Assembly: GCA_026196105.1 (NCBI GenBank)
Contig: JAPHRK010000035.1
Span: 2,341 to 66,340 of the forward strand
Direction of reading: 5' to 3'
From: Rhodospirillales bacterium
Lineage (GTDB): Bacteria; Pseudomonadota; Alphaproteobacteria; Rhodospirillales; JAPHRK01
Length of the DNA: 64,000 bases
Shown here: one piece after another, positions 29,586 to 38,240 of the stretch
Numbering within the stretch: the first letter of the stretch is position 1
How the letters are laid out: each line of letters begins with the position of its first letter
Position numbers and translations under genes: made by a program
The notes under the pieces: model-generated
The model's database searches: none
What the model saw: the letters and a program-made list of their open reading frames with translations, nothing else
Told to the model about the DNA's origin: nothing

Positions 29586-30887
29586 TTGAATAAGATTTTA
29601 GAGTTATTTCTGCCAAGGGAAATTCGACCCGATGCTCGATTGAGCACACGCTACCTGGGCGTTTATCGTTCCATTTTAGTGGTTTCTCTAACTGCTCTCG
29701 TTTTATCACCGTTTTATTTATCTATAAGAGGAGAAATCCCCCTTAATGAGTGGGGAGCTCTAATCGGGGCTACCCTTGGACCTCTTGTAGGTATTCTATT
29801 TATTTTTCTTACCAACCAACTCACGCTCGGCATGGTTATAACGAATATTATAGGTGTCGCAGTTCTAACAAGCTTTGCCTATAACACGGGGGGAATATCC
29901 TCCTTTGTTATCCCTTGGTTTCTTTCAAATTTTGCTGTTCAGGCTATGTTTGGTAACAGAAAAATACTGTTTCTGATTACTATTCTTTTTGCTTCGGCCT
30001 TAAGCTTTCTGGTTGCTATTGAGTACTTCAATTTACTTCCAACTGACACAACGCCACCAGATAATTTTATTTGGGCTTATTTATTCTCTGCGACTTCTTC
30101 ATGCTTTATGATTGCCTGGGCAGCTCTTGTTTCAGAGAAATATCGTCTCAGGTCCAAAATGACTCTTAAGATGGCACAAGTCCGTGCAGAACAAGCCAGC
30201 CATGCCAAAAGCGTATTTCTTTCTTCCATGAGCCATGAGTTCCGAACACCCTTAAATGCCGTCCTTGGGTTCACTCAAGTCATGAAGTTTAATCCCAATG
30301 ATCCCACAACTGAGAAAAACCTTCGGTCTCAAGCCTTTGTCTTAGGTCATGCTAAAAAAGTAGTTCAGCTTGTCGATAATGTCTTAAGATTTTCAGAAAT
30401 TGATGATGGCGTTATGGACCTTGAAGGAGAAAAATGTTCTTTAGGAACGGTCATAAATCAGGTTTTTGATAGTTCTCTTCCTTTAGCAGAGGAACGCAAG
30501 GTTCACTTAATCAATACGCTCCCTGAAAGAGACCTACCATTAATTAGGGCCCACGCACCTTATCTTATGGAAATCCTATTAGTCTTCTTTTCAAATGCAA
30601 TTCTCTATAACAATGAAGAGGGACGTGTGTGGCTCAAGGTAGAACAGAATGATGAATTAATTAGGGTTATGGTAGAAGATAATGGCTGTGGTGTTTCACC
30701 TCGTTTAAAGAAAGATGTCTTTACTTCCTTCAAACGCTGTGGCATGGAAAATTCAGCTAATTGCGGTGTGGGACTTGGCCTCCCAATAGCCGAAAAACTA
30801 ACAACTCTGATGAGTGGGCATATTGGTTTTGAGAGTACAAAAGATAAGGGGAGTATTTTCTGGGTCGAATTTAAAATTGCCGATTAA
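29586..30887 (+). CDS. membrane-bound sensor histidine kinase
   Basis: About 5-6 N-terminal TM segments, the H-box SHEFRTPLNAVLGF, and HATPase G-boxes. The TTG start is uncertain. Confidence 0.85.
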   Translation: MNKILELFLPREIRPDARLSTRYLGVYRSILVVSLTALVLSPFYLSIRGEIPLNEWGALIGATLGPLVGILFIFLTNQLTLGMVITNIIGVAVLTSFAYNTGGISSFVIPWFLSNFAVQAMFGNRKILFLITILFASALSFLVAIEYFNLLPTDTTPPDNFIWAYLFSATSSCFMIAWAALVSEKYRLRSKMTLKMAQVRAEQASHAKSVFLSSMSHEFRTPLNAVLGFTQVMKFNPNDPTTEKNLRSQAFVLGHAKKVVQLVDNVLRFSEIDDGVMDLEGEKCSLGTVINQVFDSSLPLAEERKVHLINTLPERDLPLIRAHAPYLMEILLVFFSNAILYNNEEGRVWLKVEQNDELIRVMVEDNGCGVSPRLKKDVFTSFKRCGMENSANCGVGLGLPIAEKLTTLMSGHIGFESTKDKGSIFWVEFKIAD

Positions 30888-31963
30888 ATAATATCCAAGC
30901 GTTTCTTGATTTCGTCAGCAATAACCTCTGCTGCATTTAACTGAGGACGTTCCCAGCGTTGCATTACCTCACTAAATGGCTGGGCATAGCCTACTTGATA
31001 AAGCTCTTCATGAAGTGCCGCATGTTTCGGAGCTGCATATCCTTCTGGGGCATAAATATATACAGATGCTGATGTTGCACAGGCTTCACAAACCATGGAA
31101 ACGCTATCACCTGTCACGACAATATTATCTGCTAAAGCCAAGAACCCAAAGTAAGGATTTTCTCCATCGTCACCCCATTGATAAATGAATGATGGACAGG
31201 ATATTTCTTTAGTTAGTGCTAATGCTGCGTTTCCAGTACGACGACTTGTCGTCACCAGCAAAGACCCTCCATGAGCTTTTGCAAGGTCGTTTGATATCTT
31301 CCCTAAATTTTGCGCCATTTCGTTGGTGAAGGGCCGGTTCTTCGTCGTCCCCCCGACAATAAGAGCAGTCCAAGGCTTAGGAAGATGAGCAAAACGATTT
31401 TCCCAAACCGCACGTGCTTGAACGAGTTTACCTTGCGTGACTCCGTGTGGGGCTCCAGTAATTTGCAATTGGTTTAATTTTTTTGGTATCCGGTCATGAT
31501 TGGGAACGGCGATCAAATCAAATTCGTCAGCCCCTTTGCTCCCTGGATACATAATTTGAATGAGGAACGTTTTGCCTTTGTTTTGCTTCTTAATATAACG
31601 AGCAACGGGGGCAGTTCTTCGACCAGCCGCAATAACAACATCCGGCCAAGGAGGAGCAATAATTTCTCGGCTAGCCTTATCTAACCCCTTAAGAGAACCC
31701 CCAAATAATGCATTGGGTAATTTTGCCAAAATCCCATAGGTGATGTTCTTGACTTCATAAGAACATCCAAGAGCATCAGCAACTCCAAGGCATTGAGAAA
31801 CGTTCCCCGCACGATCATCTGCAAGGGCCCATATCATAGTTTTGTTAGGGTTTGGTCGTTCCTCATTCATGTTCGCACTAAAGGGCTGGAAAGGTGCGCG
31901 GTCAACTATTTTTATGCCTACACCGAAAAAAAATGCAATTAATATCAGGTTACTGTAAGCCAT
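30884..31963 (-). CDS. ELM1 (mitochondrial fission ELM1 / DUF1022) family protein
   Basis: MIWALADDRAGNVSQCLGVADALG ... PDVVIAAGRRTAPVARYIKK ... FDLIAVPNHD resemble the bacterial ELM1 family. A possible N-terminal TM anchor is present, and the start could instead be an internal Met. Confidence 0.68.
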   Translation of the reverse strand: MAYSNLILIAFFFGVGIKIVDRAPFQPFSANMNEERPNPNKTMIWALADDRAGNVSQCLGVADALGCSYEVKNITYGILAKLPNALFGGSLKGLDKASREIIAPPWPDVVIAAGRRTAPVARYIKKQNKGKTFLIQIMYPGSKGADEFDLIAVPNHDRIPKKLNQLQITGAPHGVTQGKLVQARAVWENRFAHLPKPWTALIVGGTTKNRPFTNEMAQNLGKISNDLAKAHGGSLLVTTSRRTGNAALALTKEISCPSFIYQWGDDGENPYFGFLALADNIVVTGDSVSMVCEACATSASVYIYAPEGYAAPKHAALHEELYQVGYAQPFSEVMQRWERPQLNAAEVIADEIKKRLDII

Positions 31964-32023
31964 CTCCCTGGGTTTTCATTATCGAAACTTGGTATAACTA
32001 AGAAGATCGTATAAATTCCCTCT

Positions 32024-33892
32024 ATGTCAGAAATGAATGCCCCTGCCCTTGGAAAAAAAGAAGAAACTATTTGGCCTGAAGAAACAGGCCTCATTGAAGC
32101 CATTTCGCGCAATCCGACCAACCGAAAACTAATCATTTTATTTTCTCTTCTTCTCATCCCCCTTATCCTTTGGCAAACAGCGGTTGTGAGCAATCAAACA
32201 GCTTTGGATCGTCTTGCAGAGCAAGGGAGCCAGCGATTAACAATCTACCGTTCAAGTTTGCAGAGTGAATTCGAAAAATATGAATTTCAGCCTATCCTTC
32301 TCTCCCGTATGGAAGACATGGTACGCCTGCTTATCGACCCTGATGATACTGCTATAACCCAATGGATGAACCATCGCCTCTCTGAAATCAATGAGATTGC
32401 AAAGACCTCAGCAACTTATCTAATGGACAAAAATGGCATTACTTTAGCTGCCAGCAATTGGAAATCAGATCGTTCATTCGTCGGGAACAACTTTGCCTTC
32501 CGCCCCTATTTCAAACAAGCCATCGCGGGAAAATCTGGGCGTTATTTTGCATTGGGAACGACTTCAAATAAACCTGGATATTATCTCTCCCACCCAATCC
32601 AAGCAGCAGGTCAAACTTTGGGGGTTGTCGTTGTTAAAGTCAGCGTTGAACGACTTGAGAAAGATTGGGCAGCATCAAATGATAAGGTTATGGTTTCTGA
32701 TAAAGATGGGATCGTTTTCATCTCGAGCAAACCAAACTGGAAGTATAAATCTCTGACTCCCTTAAGCGAAACAGTTCGAGAAGAATTAAAGAATTCTCGG
32801 AAATATAGCCATGCTAAGCTTCAGCCTTTAAGTATAACCAAAAGAAAGCCCTATGATGACAAAGGTGAAATTATCACCCTTGCAGAGAAAGATGCAAAAT
32901 CTGGAAAAATTAAATCTGGTTCTCACTTTCTTCAAGATATGAAAATACCAGGGGCAGGCTGGACCCTCCATCTGATTTCACCCATGAAGCCTGTCTATCA
33001 AACAATCACCTATACAGTTCTAATCGTGACTTCAGGTCTCATTATCACTGTATTGATTGCGCTTTATCTTATTCAAAAACGTCTTGCTGCCCGAGATCGA
33101 CAAAATCTGCAAAGACAAGCTCAGTTGGCTCTACAGGAGGCCAATGATTCTCTGGAGCAAAGGGTTCAAGAAAGAACCAGGGATCTGCAACGGGCACAAG
33201 ATGGTCTTATCCAGGCTTCTAAACTTGCTGCCTTAGGACAAATGGCGGCCGGTATTACCCATGAACTCAACAACCCCCTAGCTGCTATTAGGAGTTATTC
33301 TGACAATGCACGAGTTCTGATTGAACGAGAACGCTTTGGAGATGCTGCAGAAAACCTTTCTCAAATTTCAAACCTTACAAGCCGCATGGCTGAAATTACC
33401 CAACAGCTAAAAACCTTTTCCCGTAAGACCGAGGGACGGCAACAAGCGATTTCTGTAAATGATGCCATTGATCACGCCCTGTCTCTTTTGAGCAAAAGTG
33501 GTAGCCTTAATGGAGTTTCCATTAACTACACGCCTCTAGAAACACCACTGACGGTTAAAGGTAATCTTGTTAGGCTCGAACAAGTCTTTATCAATTTATT
33601 TAGCAATGCAATTGATGCTATGGCTGATAGTAAGGATCGTATTCTAGATATTTCCATTGTAGTAAATTCAACTAAAGCCAAAATTTTGGTTCACGATTCA
33701 GGTCCAGGGCTTGATGAAGAAATTATCGAACAGGTTTTTGATCCCTTTTTCACCACCAAAGAAGTCGGGAAAGGTTTAGGTTTAGGCCTATCGATTTCCA
33801 GTCGCATCATTAGTGACTTTGGGGGTATGATGAGTGCAGAGAATGATCCAGAAGGGGGTGCTCTTTTTCGTGTTGAGCTGCTTAGAGAATAA
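32024..33892 (+). CDS. dctB: DctB-like C4-dicarboxylate sensor histidine kinase
   Basis: Two TM segments flank a periplasmic sensor of about 270 aa. The H-box is ITHELNNPLAAIRSY, HATPase motifs are present, and dctD follows directly. Confidence 0.82.
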   Translation: MSEMNAPALGKKEETIWPEETGLIEAISRNPTNRKLIILFSLLLIPLILWQTAVVSNQTALDRLAEQGSQRLTIYRSSLQSEFEKYEFQPILLSRMEDMVRLLIDPDDTAITQWMNHRLSEINEIAKTSATYLMDKNGITLAASNWKSDRSFVGNNFAFRPYFKQAIAGKSGRYFALGTTSNKPGYYLSHPIQAAGQTLGVVVVKVSVERLEKDWAASNDKVMVSDKDGIVFISSKPNWKYKSLTPLSETVREELKNSRKYSHAKLQPLSITKRKPYDDKGEIITLAEKDAKSGKIKSGSHFLQDMKIPGAGWTLHLISPMKPVYQTITYTVLIVTSGLIITVLIALYLIQKRLAARDRQNLQRQAQLALQEANDSLEQRVQERTRDLQRAQDGLIQASKLAALGQMAAGITHELNNPLAAIRSYSDNARVLIERERFGDAAENLSQISNLTSRMAEITQQLKTFSRKTEGRQQAISVNDAIDHALSLLSKSGSLNGVSINYTPLETPLTVKGNLVRLEQVFINLFSNAIDAMADSKDRILDISIVVNSTKAKILVHDSGPGLDEEIIEQVFDPFFTTKEVGKGLGLGLSISSRIISDFGGMMSAENDPEGGALFRVELLRE

Positions 33893-33895
33893 TTG

Positions 33896-35236
33896 ATGGA
33901 TACATTGGGGCCTATTTTTCTTATTGATGATGAAGAGCATATTCGCATCTCAGGAAAACAAACGCTTGAGTTAGCTGGCTATGAGGTCACGACTTTTGAT
34001 GAGGCTGAAAAGGCTCTAGATGCCTTGTCCCTTTCCTGGCCCGGCGTTGTTGTTTCCGATATCAAAATGCCAGGTATGGACGGGCTGAATTTAATGAAGG
34101 CCGCCTTAGAAAAAGACTCCCAACTGCCTTTTGTCTTAATCACAGGACACGGTGACGTTGCCCTGGCCGTTGATGCTATGCGCAACGGGGCGTATGACTT
34201 CATCGAAAAACCTTTCCCGGCAGATCACCTCACTGACATTGTCAGCCGCGCCATGGAACGGCGGCAACTGGTTATGGAGAACCGGACTCTCAAAGAGCAA
34301 CTCAAGGCAGAAAAAGAGGCCCATGGCCCTACTCTCCTTGGGGAGGCTCCTGCAATGAAACGGCTCAAGGAAACTATTGGCAATATAGCGGATTCAGACG
34401 CCAGTGTTTTAGTTGTGGGCGAAACCGGAACCGGGAAAGAGCTTGTTGCACGTCGTCTGCATGAAACAAGCCTCAGACATCGGTGCCACTTTGTCCCCCT
34501 CAACTGTGCAGCTATGCCCGAAGCCTTATTTGAGAGTGAACTCTTCGGCCATGAAGAAGGCGCCTTCCACGGAGCAAATACATCTCGCATCGGTAAAATC
34601 GAACACTCCAACGGGGGTACACTCTTCTTAGATGAGATTGAGTCCATGCCCGTGGAACTCCAGGCGAAGCTCCTTCGTGCCCTGCAAGAGCGTGAAATCG
34701 TCCGCTTAGGCTCTAATCAAGTCATCCCGGTTAATCTTAGGGTGGTCGCAGCAACCAAAGCCGACCTTAAAGAACGCATTTCTGAGGGGCTCTTTAGGGA
34801 GGACTTATTTTACCGCCTTAATGTAGCGGTTATCCAAATTCCGCCTTTAAGAGAACGGCGCGAAGATATCCCCCTCCTTTTCAGCCATTTCGCTCAATCA
34901 GCCCCTCCCCTGGAGCAAGAACGCATGGGGCAACTGATGGCTTATGCTTGGCAAGGCAACGTACGGGAATTAAAGAACGTCGCGGAGCGCTATGTGATTA
35001 ACCAAGACGCTCCTCTGATTGAAGAGCTCGACTTGCTTCAGGAAGGCGCTACCGAAACCGCGCAAAACCAAACATTAGTCGAGCAAGTCCGTGACTTCGA
35101 GAAAAGTATCCTTATCCAGCACCTGAGCGCAAATAAAGGCAACGTCAAAGCCACCATCGAAGCCTTGGGTCTGCCGCGTAAAACTTTCTACGATAAAATG
35201 ACCAAGTACGACTTAGACCGTCGAGACTTCGAGTAG
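33896..35236 (+). CDS. dctD: DctD-like NtrC-family response regulator (REC-AAA+-HTH)
   Basis: REC domain (VSDIKMPGMDG), Walker A GETGTGKE, and a C-terminal Fis-type HTH. The sigma54-contact loop reads GAFHGA instead of GAFTGA. ATG 33896 is preferred over TTG 33893. Confidence 0.85.
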   Translation: MDTLGPIFLIDDEEHIRISGKQTLELAGYEVTTFDEAEKALDALSLSWPGVVVSDIKMPGMDGLNLMKAALEKDSQLPFVLITGHGDVALAVDAMRNGAYDFIEKPFPADHLTDIVSRAMERRQLVMENRTLKEQLKAEKEAHGPTLLGEAPAMKRLKETIGNIADSDASVLVVGETGTGKELVARRLHETSLRHRCHFVPLNCAAMPEALFESELFGHEEGAFHGANTSRIGKIEHSNGGTLFLDEIESMPVELQAKLLRALQEREIVRLGSNQVIPVNLRVVAATKADLKERISEGLFREDLFYRLNVAVIQIPPLRERREDIPLLFSHFAQSAPPLEQERMGQLMAYAWQGNVRELKNVAERYVINQDAPLIEELDLLQEGATETAQNQTLVEQVRDFEKSILIQHLSANKGNVKATIEALGLPRKTFYDKMTKYDLDRRDFE

Positions 35237-35370
35237 AGCAATCGACTTACTGATAACATCAAAAATTATTTGCTATAGCTCAGATTTAACCTGTCATTAT
35301 GTCTAAAGAAAAGGGGTGTGGATGGCATATCGTTACCTAGCTCTGTTAACTGGCCTCATCAATATTCACA

Positions 35371-36072
35371 TCATTTCTTCTGACTTACAGCAGGTTTTTT
35401 CTTTGGCTTTTCTGGCCTTTCAGGTCCCCATAGCTTATTAAAATAGGGACTATCTGCCATAAACAAGGCGCTTGCAGGATTATGAGCCAAAACCCGATCT
35501 TTAGTGACCAGAGTAGTCACGAGAGCTTCAGAATGCTTATAAAAAAGACTGTCATGGCCAACACAAAGGGCAAGAACCACGTTAAATTCACAACCTGCCC
35601 GATTTAACACTTCAGCTTGGGTAATGGGGTTGCAGGAGGCTTCAAATTGTCCTGGACGAATTTTTTCTTCGTCTTTTAAACCTGTTTCTTCTTTAGGAAT
35701 GCTACCATTTTTACAGCAAGCAGAAGCAACTTCAAAACCATGGCTTTCAAAAATCTGCCCCAAAGAATTAGCTTGGTCTAAAAAGCCAATACAGGTCGCG
35801 ATGCCAAGCTTGGTATAATTCATTTTTTTGGCAAAGGCGCAAATTTCTTCAATTCGTGTCCATTTGCAATAACCTTCAGACTCGACTTGTCCAGCAGCTC
35901 GGAGAACTTCAAGGGCATAACCATCTTGCACCTTACCTTCTCCAATTTCCAACCCTTCCGGATCAACTTTGGCCGGGCACCATCCAGGCCCCCTAACATC
36001 CTCATCACCATCTTTGCAGGCCCGAATAGTTGTTGGGCAATAAGCACAACTCGGATCATCATATTTGGACAT
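35371..36072 (-). CDS. Cys-rich DUF1847-like putative metal-binding protein
   Basis: N-terminal CAYCPTTIRAC...WCP and C-terminal CNPITQAEVLN...LCVGHDSLF...VTKDRVLAHNP match my recollection of DUF1847. The basic tail is KPKKKPAVSQKK. Confidence 0.55.
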   Translation of the reverse strand: MSKYDDPSCAYCPTTIRACKDGDEDVRGPGWCPAKVDPEGLEIGEGKVQDGYALEVLRAAGQVESEGYCKWTRIEEICAFAKKMNYTKLGIATCIGFLDQANSLGQIFESHGFEVASACCKNGSIPKEETGLKDEEKIRPGQFEASCNPITQAEVLNRAGCEFNVVLALCVGHDSLFYKHSEALVTTLVTKDRVLAHNPASALFMADSPYFNKLWGPERPEKPKKKPAVSQKK

Positions 36073-36236
36073 TCACTTCCCCTTTTATTAACCCCACCCT
36101 AAAAAAGGGCCTGGGAGATGAAGCATATCCTGATTGAACAAATCAATAAAATTTTACTTTTTGTTTCTTTTCCAATCCGTATCTTCCCGCAGAATCATCT
36201 TATCTATACATTGCCTTAAAGTTCCATAGCCATGCG

Positions 36237-36287
36237 TGTGCGGAAATGCACACAGGCAAAAACTGCATATGTGTGGTTTTCCGCACA
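36237..36287. promoter_or_regulatory. paired 18-bp sites, candidate DctD upstream activating sequence
   Basis: TGTGCGGAAATGCACACA (36237-36254) and TGTGTGGTTTTCCGCACA (36270-36287). The reverse complement of the second matches the first at 16/18 positions. Centres are 33 bp apart, and the pair lies ~175-220 bp upstream of dctP. Confidence 0.55.
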
Positions 36288-36459
36288 AAGCGTTAATTTT
36301 TTTTGTAATTATTGTTCTTTTTTGCACACTAAGCGGTGTTTTTCCTAGAGCCTCCTATAAACTATGTGGAATCTTTCTGACCCATCAAAGGGGCTAAGCT
36401 CTTTTAATTGGCTCTGCTGAAATAAATTTTTAAAAATTCATCTAGGGAGAATATCTCGT

Positions 36460-37446
36460 ATGCGTTTACTTACCGCTGGTGTAGCACTTGCTGCAATCCT
36501 CATGGCCGCAGCTCCAGTAGCTCAAGCCAAAGAAATCGTCATTAAGTTCTCACACGTTGTTGCTGAGAACACCCCAAAAGGCCAAATGGCTAATAAATTC
36601 CGTGAACTGGTTGCCGAACGTCTGGCAGGCAAAGCTAGGGTTGAAGTTTACCCAAGTTCACAGCTTTTCAGTGATAGTAAAGTTCTTGAAGCTATGTTGT
36701 TAGGCGATGTGCAAATTGCGGCACCTTCCCTTTCAAAATTCAAAAAATACACCAAGAAGCTCCAAGTTTATGATCTGCCATTCTTATTTAAAGATATGGA
36801 TGCCGTTTCTAAATTCCAAGCTGGTCCTGCTGGTCAAAAACTTCTGCTCTCTGCCAAGAAAAAGGGCCTTATTGGTCTTGGTTACCTTCACAATGGCTTA
36901 AAACAGCTCACTGCTTCTAAGCCATTGAAAGTGCCTAGCGATGTAGAAGGCCTTAAGTTCCGCATCCAACCATCAGACGTTCTTCAAGCTCAGTTTGAAG
37001 CAGTTAAAGCGGTTCCCCTGAAAAAACCTTTCTCAGAAGTTTTTACCCTGCTTCAAACCAAGGCAATCGATGGTCAAGAAAACACTTGGTCTAACATCTA
37101 CTCCAAGAAATTCTTTGAAGTTCAAGAATATGCAACTGATTCAAACCACGGTTTGATTGATTACCTCGTTGTTACTTCAGTAGAATTTTGGGATGGCCTT
37201 CCCGCAGATATCCGCACTGAAATCAAAAAAGCTATGGATGAAGCTATTGTTCTTGGCAACAAAGTTGCTGCTGAAAAAGCCATTAGCGATCGTCAAAAAG
37301 TTATCGACTCTAATCGCACCAAAGTTCTTCAACTCTCCGACGACGAACGCGCTCAATGGGTTGCCGCTATGAAGCCAGTTTGGGCTAAGTTTGAAAAACA
37401 AATCGGTAAAGACCTTATCGACGCAGCTGTTGCTTCAAACAACTAA
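36460..37446 (+). CDS. dctP: TRAP transporter substrate-binding protein
   Basis: Signal peptide MRLLTAGVALAAILMAAAPVAQA and DctP-family sequence (IKFSHVVAENTPKGQ). AGGGAGA ribosome-binding site. Confidence 0.92.
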   Translation: MRLLTAGVALAAILMAAAPVAQAKEIVIKFSHVVAENTPKGQMANKFRELVAERLAGKARVEVYPSSQLFSDSKVLEAMLLGDVQIAAPSLSKFKKYTKKLQVYDLPFLFKDMDAVSKFQAGPAGQKLLLSAKKKGLIGLGYLHNGLKQLTASKPLKVPSDVEGLKFRIQPSDVLQAQFEAVKAVPLKKPFSEVFTLLQTKAIDGQENTWSNIYSKKFFEVQEYATDSNHGLIDYLVVTSVEFWDGLPADIRTEIKKAMDEAIVLGNKVAAEKAISDRQKVIDSNRTKVLQLSDDERAQWVAAMKPVWAKFEKQIGKDLIDAAVASNN

Positions 37447-37455
37447 GCAACTTAT

Positions 37456-37566
37456 GTGGATTGATCTGTAATTAATCCACGTTCAAGCACCACGCAGGCT
37501 CGCCAAACGTTTGGCGGACCGCCGTCGTGGTCTTGTTAGAGCAGGTTTTTACTAGAACCTGCTCTA
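37456..37566 (+). other. three consecutive stem-loops in the dctP-dctQ spacer
   Basis: GTGGATT-N11-AATCCAC at 37456-37480. ACCACG...CGTGGT enclosing the perfect palindrome CGCCAAACGTTTGGCG at 37489-37531. TAGAGCAGGTT-N8-AACCTGCTCTA at 37537-37566. Confidence 0.55.
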
Positions 37567-37613
37567 AGGTATCTCTCAATTTAACTTGAGTTAATCAAGA
37601 TGGATAGATTGTC

Positions 37614-38240
37614 ATGTCTGAAAAAACCATAACCCGCTTCGAGGAGGGGTTTTTATCCCTCCTTCTTGTCGGGATGACGCTCCTCGTTTTTCTAGAGGTC
37701 GTCTTGCGTTACGGATTTAATACAGGATTGCACTGGACCCAAGAAGTCACCTTACATATGGCTGCTTGGTTTGTCCTCTTTGGTGCATCTTACGGAATCA
37801 AAGTTGGAGCTCATATCGGGGTTGATGCTGTCGTCAAGTTACTCCCCATTCAAACCAGACGCGTTGTTAGTTTGTTTGCAGTTTTCCTTTGCCTCGTTTA
37901 TTGCGGTTTATTCCTCTATGGCAGTTGGATCTATCTAGCTAAAATTTATTCTATTGGCATTGGCTTAGATGATGCCCGTTTCCCTGTGTGGTTCATTGGC
38001 CTTTTCTCAGAAGAAACACTTTGGAATGTCTGGCGCATTGACACTGAGGACCCCCTCGTCCCTATGTGGTTAGCCCACTCAATTTTATTCATCGGCTTTA
38101 TCCTTTTGGCCTACAGGTTCCTCCAAGTTGGCTGGAATATTGTTATCGGTAAGACGGATAGTTTTGCACTTGCTGATGAAGCAGAAGAAGTTCTTGAAGA
38201 GATTCAATCTACCCCAACTGAAGAGGAACAAAGCAAATGA
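37614..38240 (+). CDS. dctQ: TRAP transporter small permease
   Basis: 208-aa protein with about 4 TM segments, lying between dctP and dctM. Its stop overlaps the dctM start (ATGA). Confidence 0.86.
   Translation: MSEKTITRFEEGFLSLLLVGMTLLVFLEVVLRYGFNTGLHWTQEVTLHMAAWFVLFGASYGIKVGAHIGVDAVVKLLPIQTRRVVSLFAVFLCLVYCGLFLYGSWIYLAKIYSIGIGLDDARFPVWFIGLFSEETLWNVWRIDTEDPLVPMWLAHSILFIGFILLAYRFLQVGWNIVIGKTDSFALADEAEEVLEEIQSTPTEEEQSK

Noticed and set aside
36133-36147. ATTGA-acaaa-TCAAT palindrome resembling an FNR box
   Set aside because: The core spacing is TTGA-N5-TCAA rather than N6, which is one base off for FNR/CRP-family dimers.
36211-36226. Sigma54-like element on the minus strand (TGGAACTTTAAGGCAA)
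   Set aside because: The GG-to-GC spacing is 9 nt instead of the invariant 10, so it is not a credible -24/-12 promoter.
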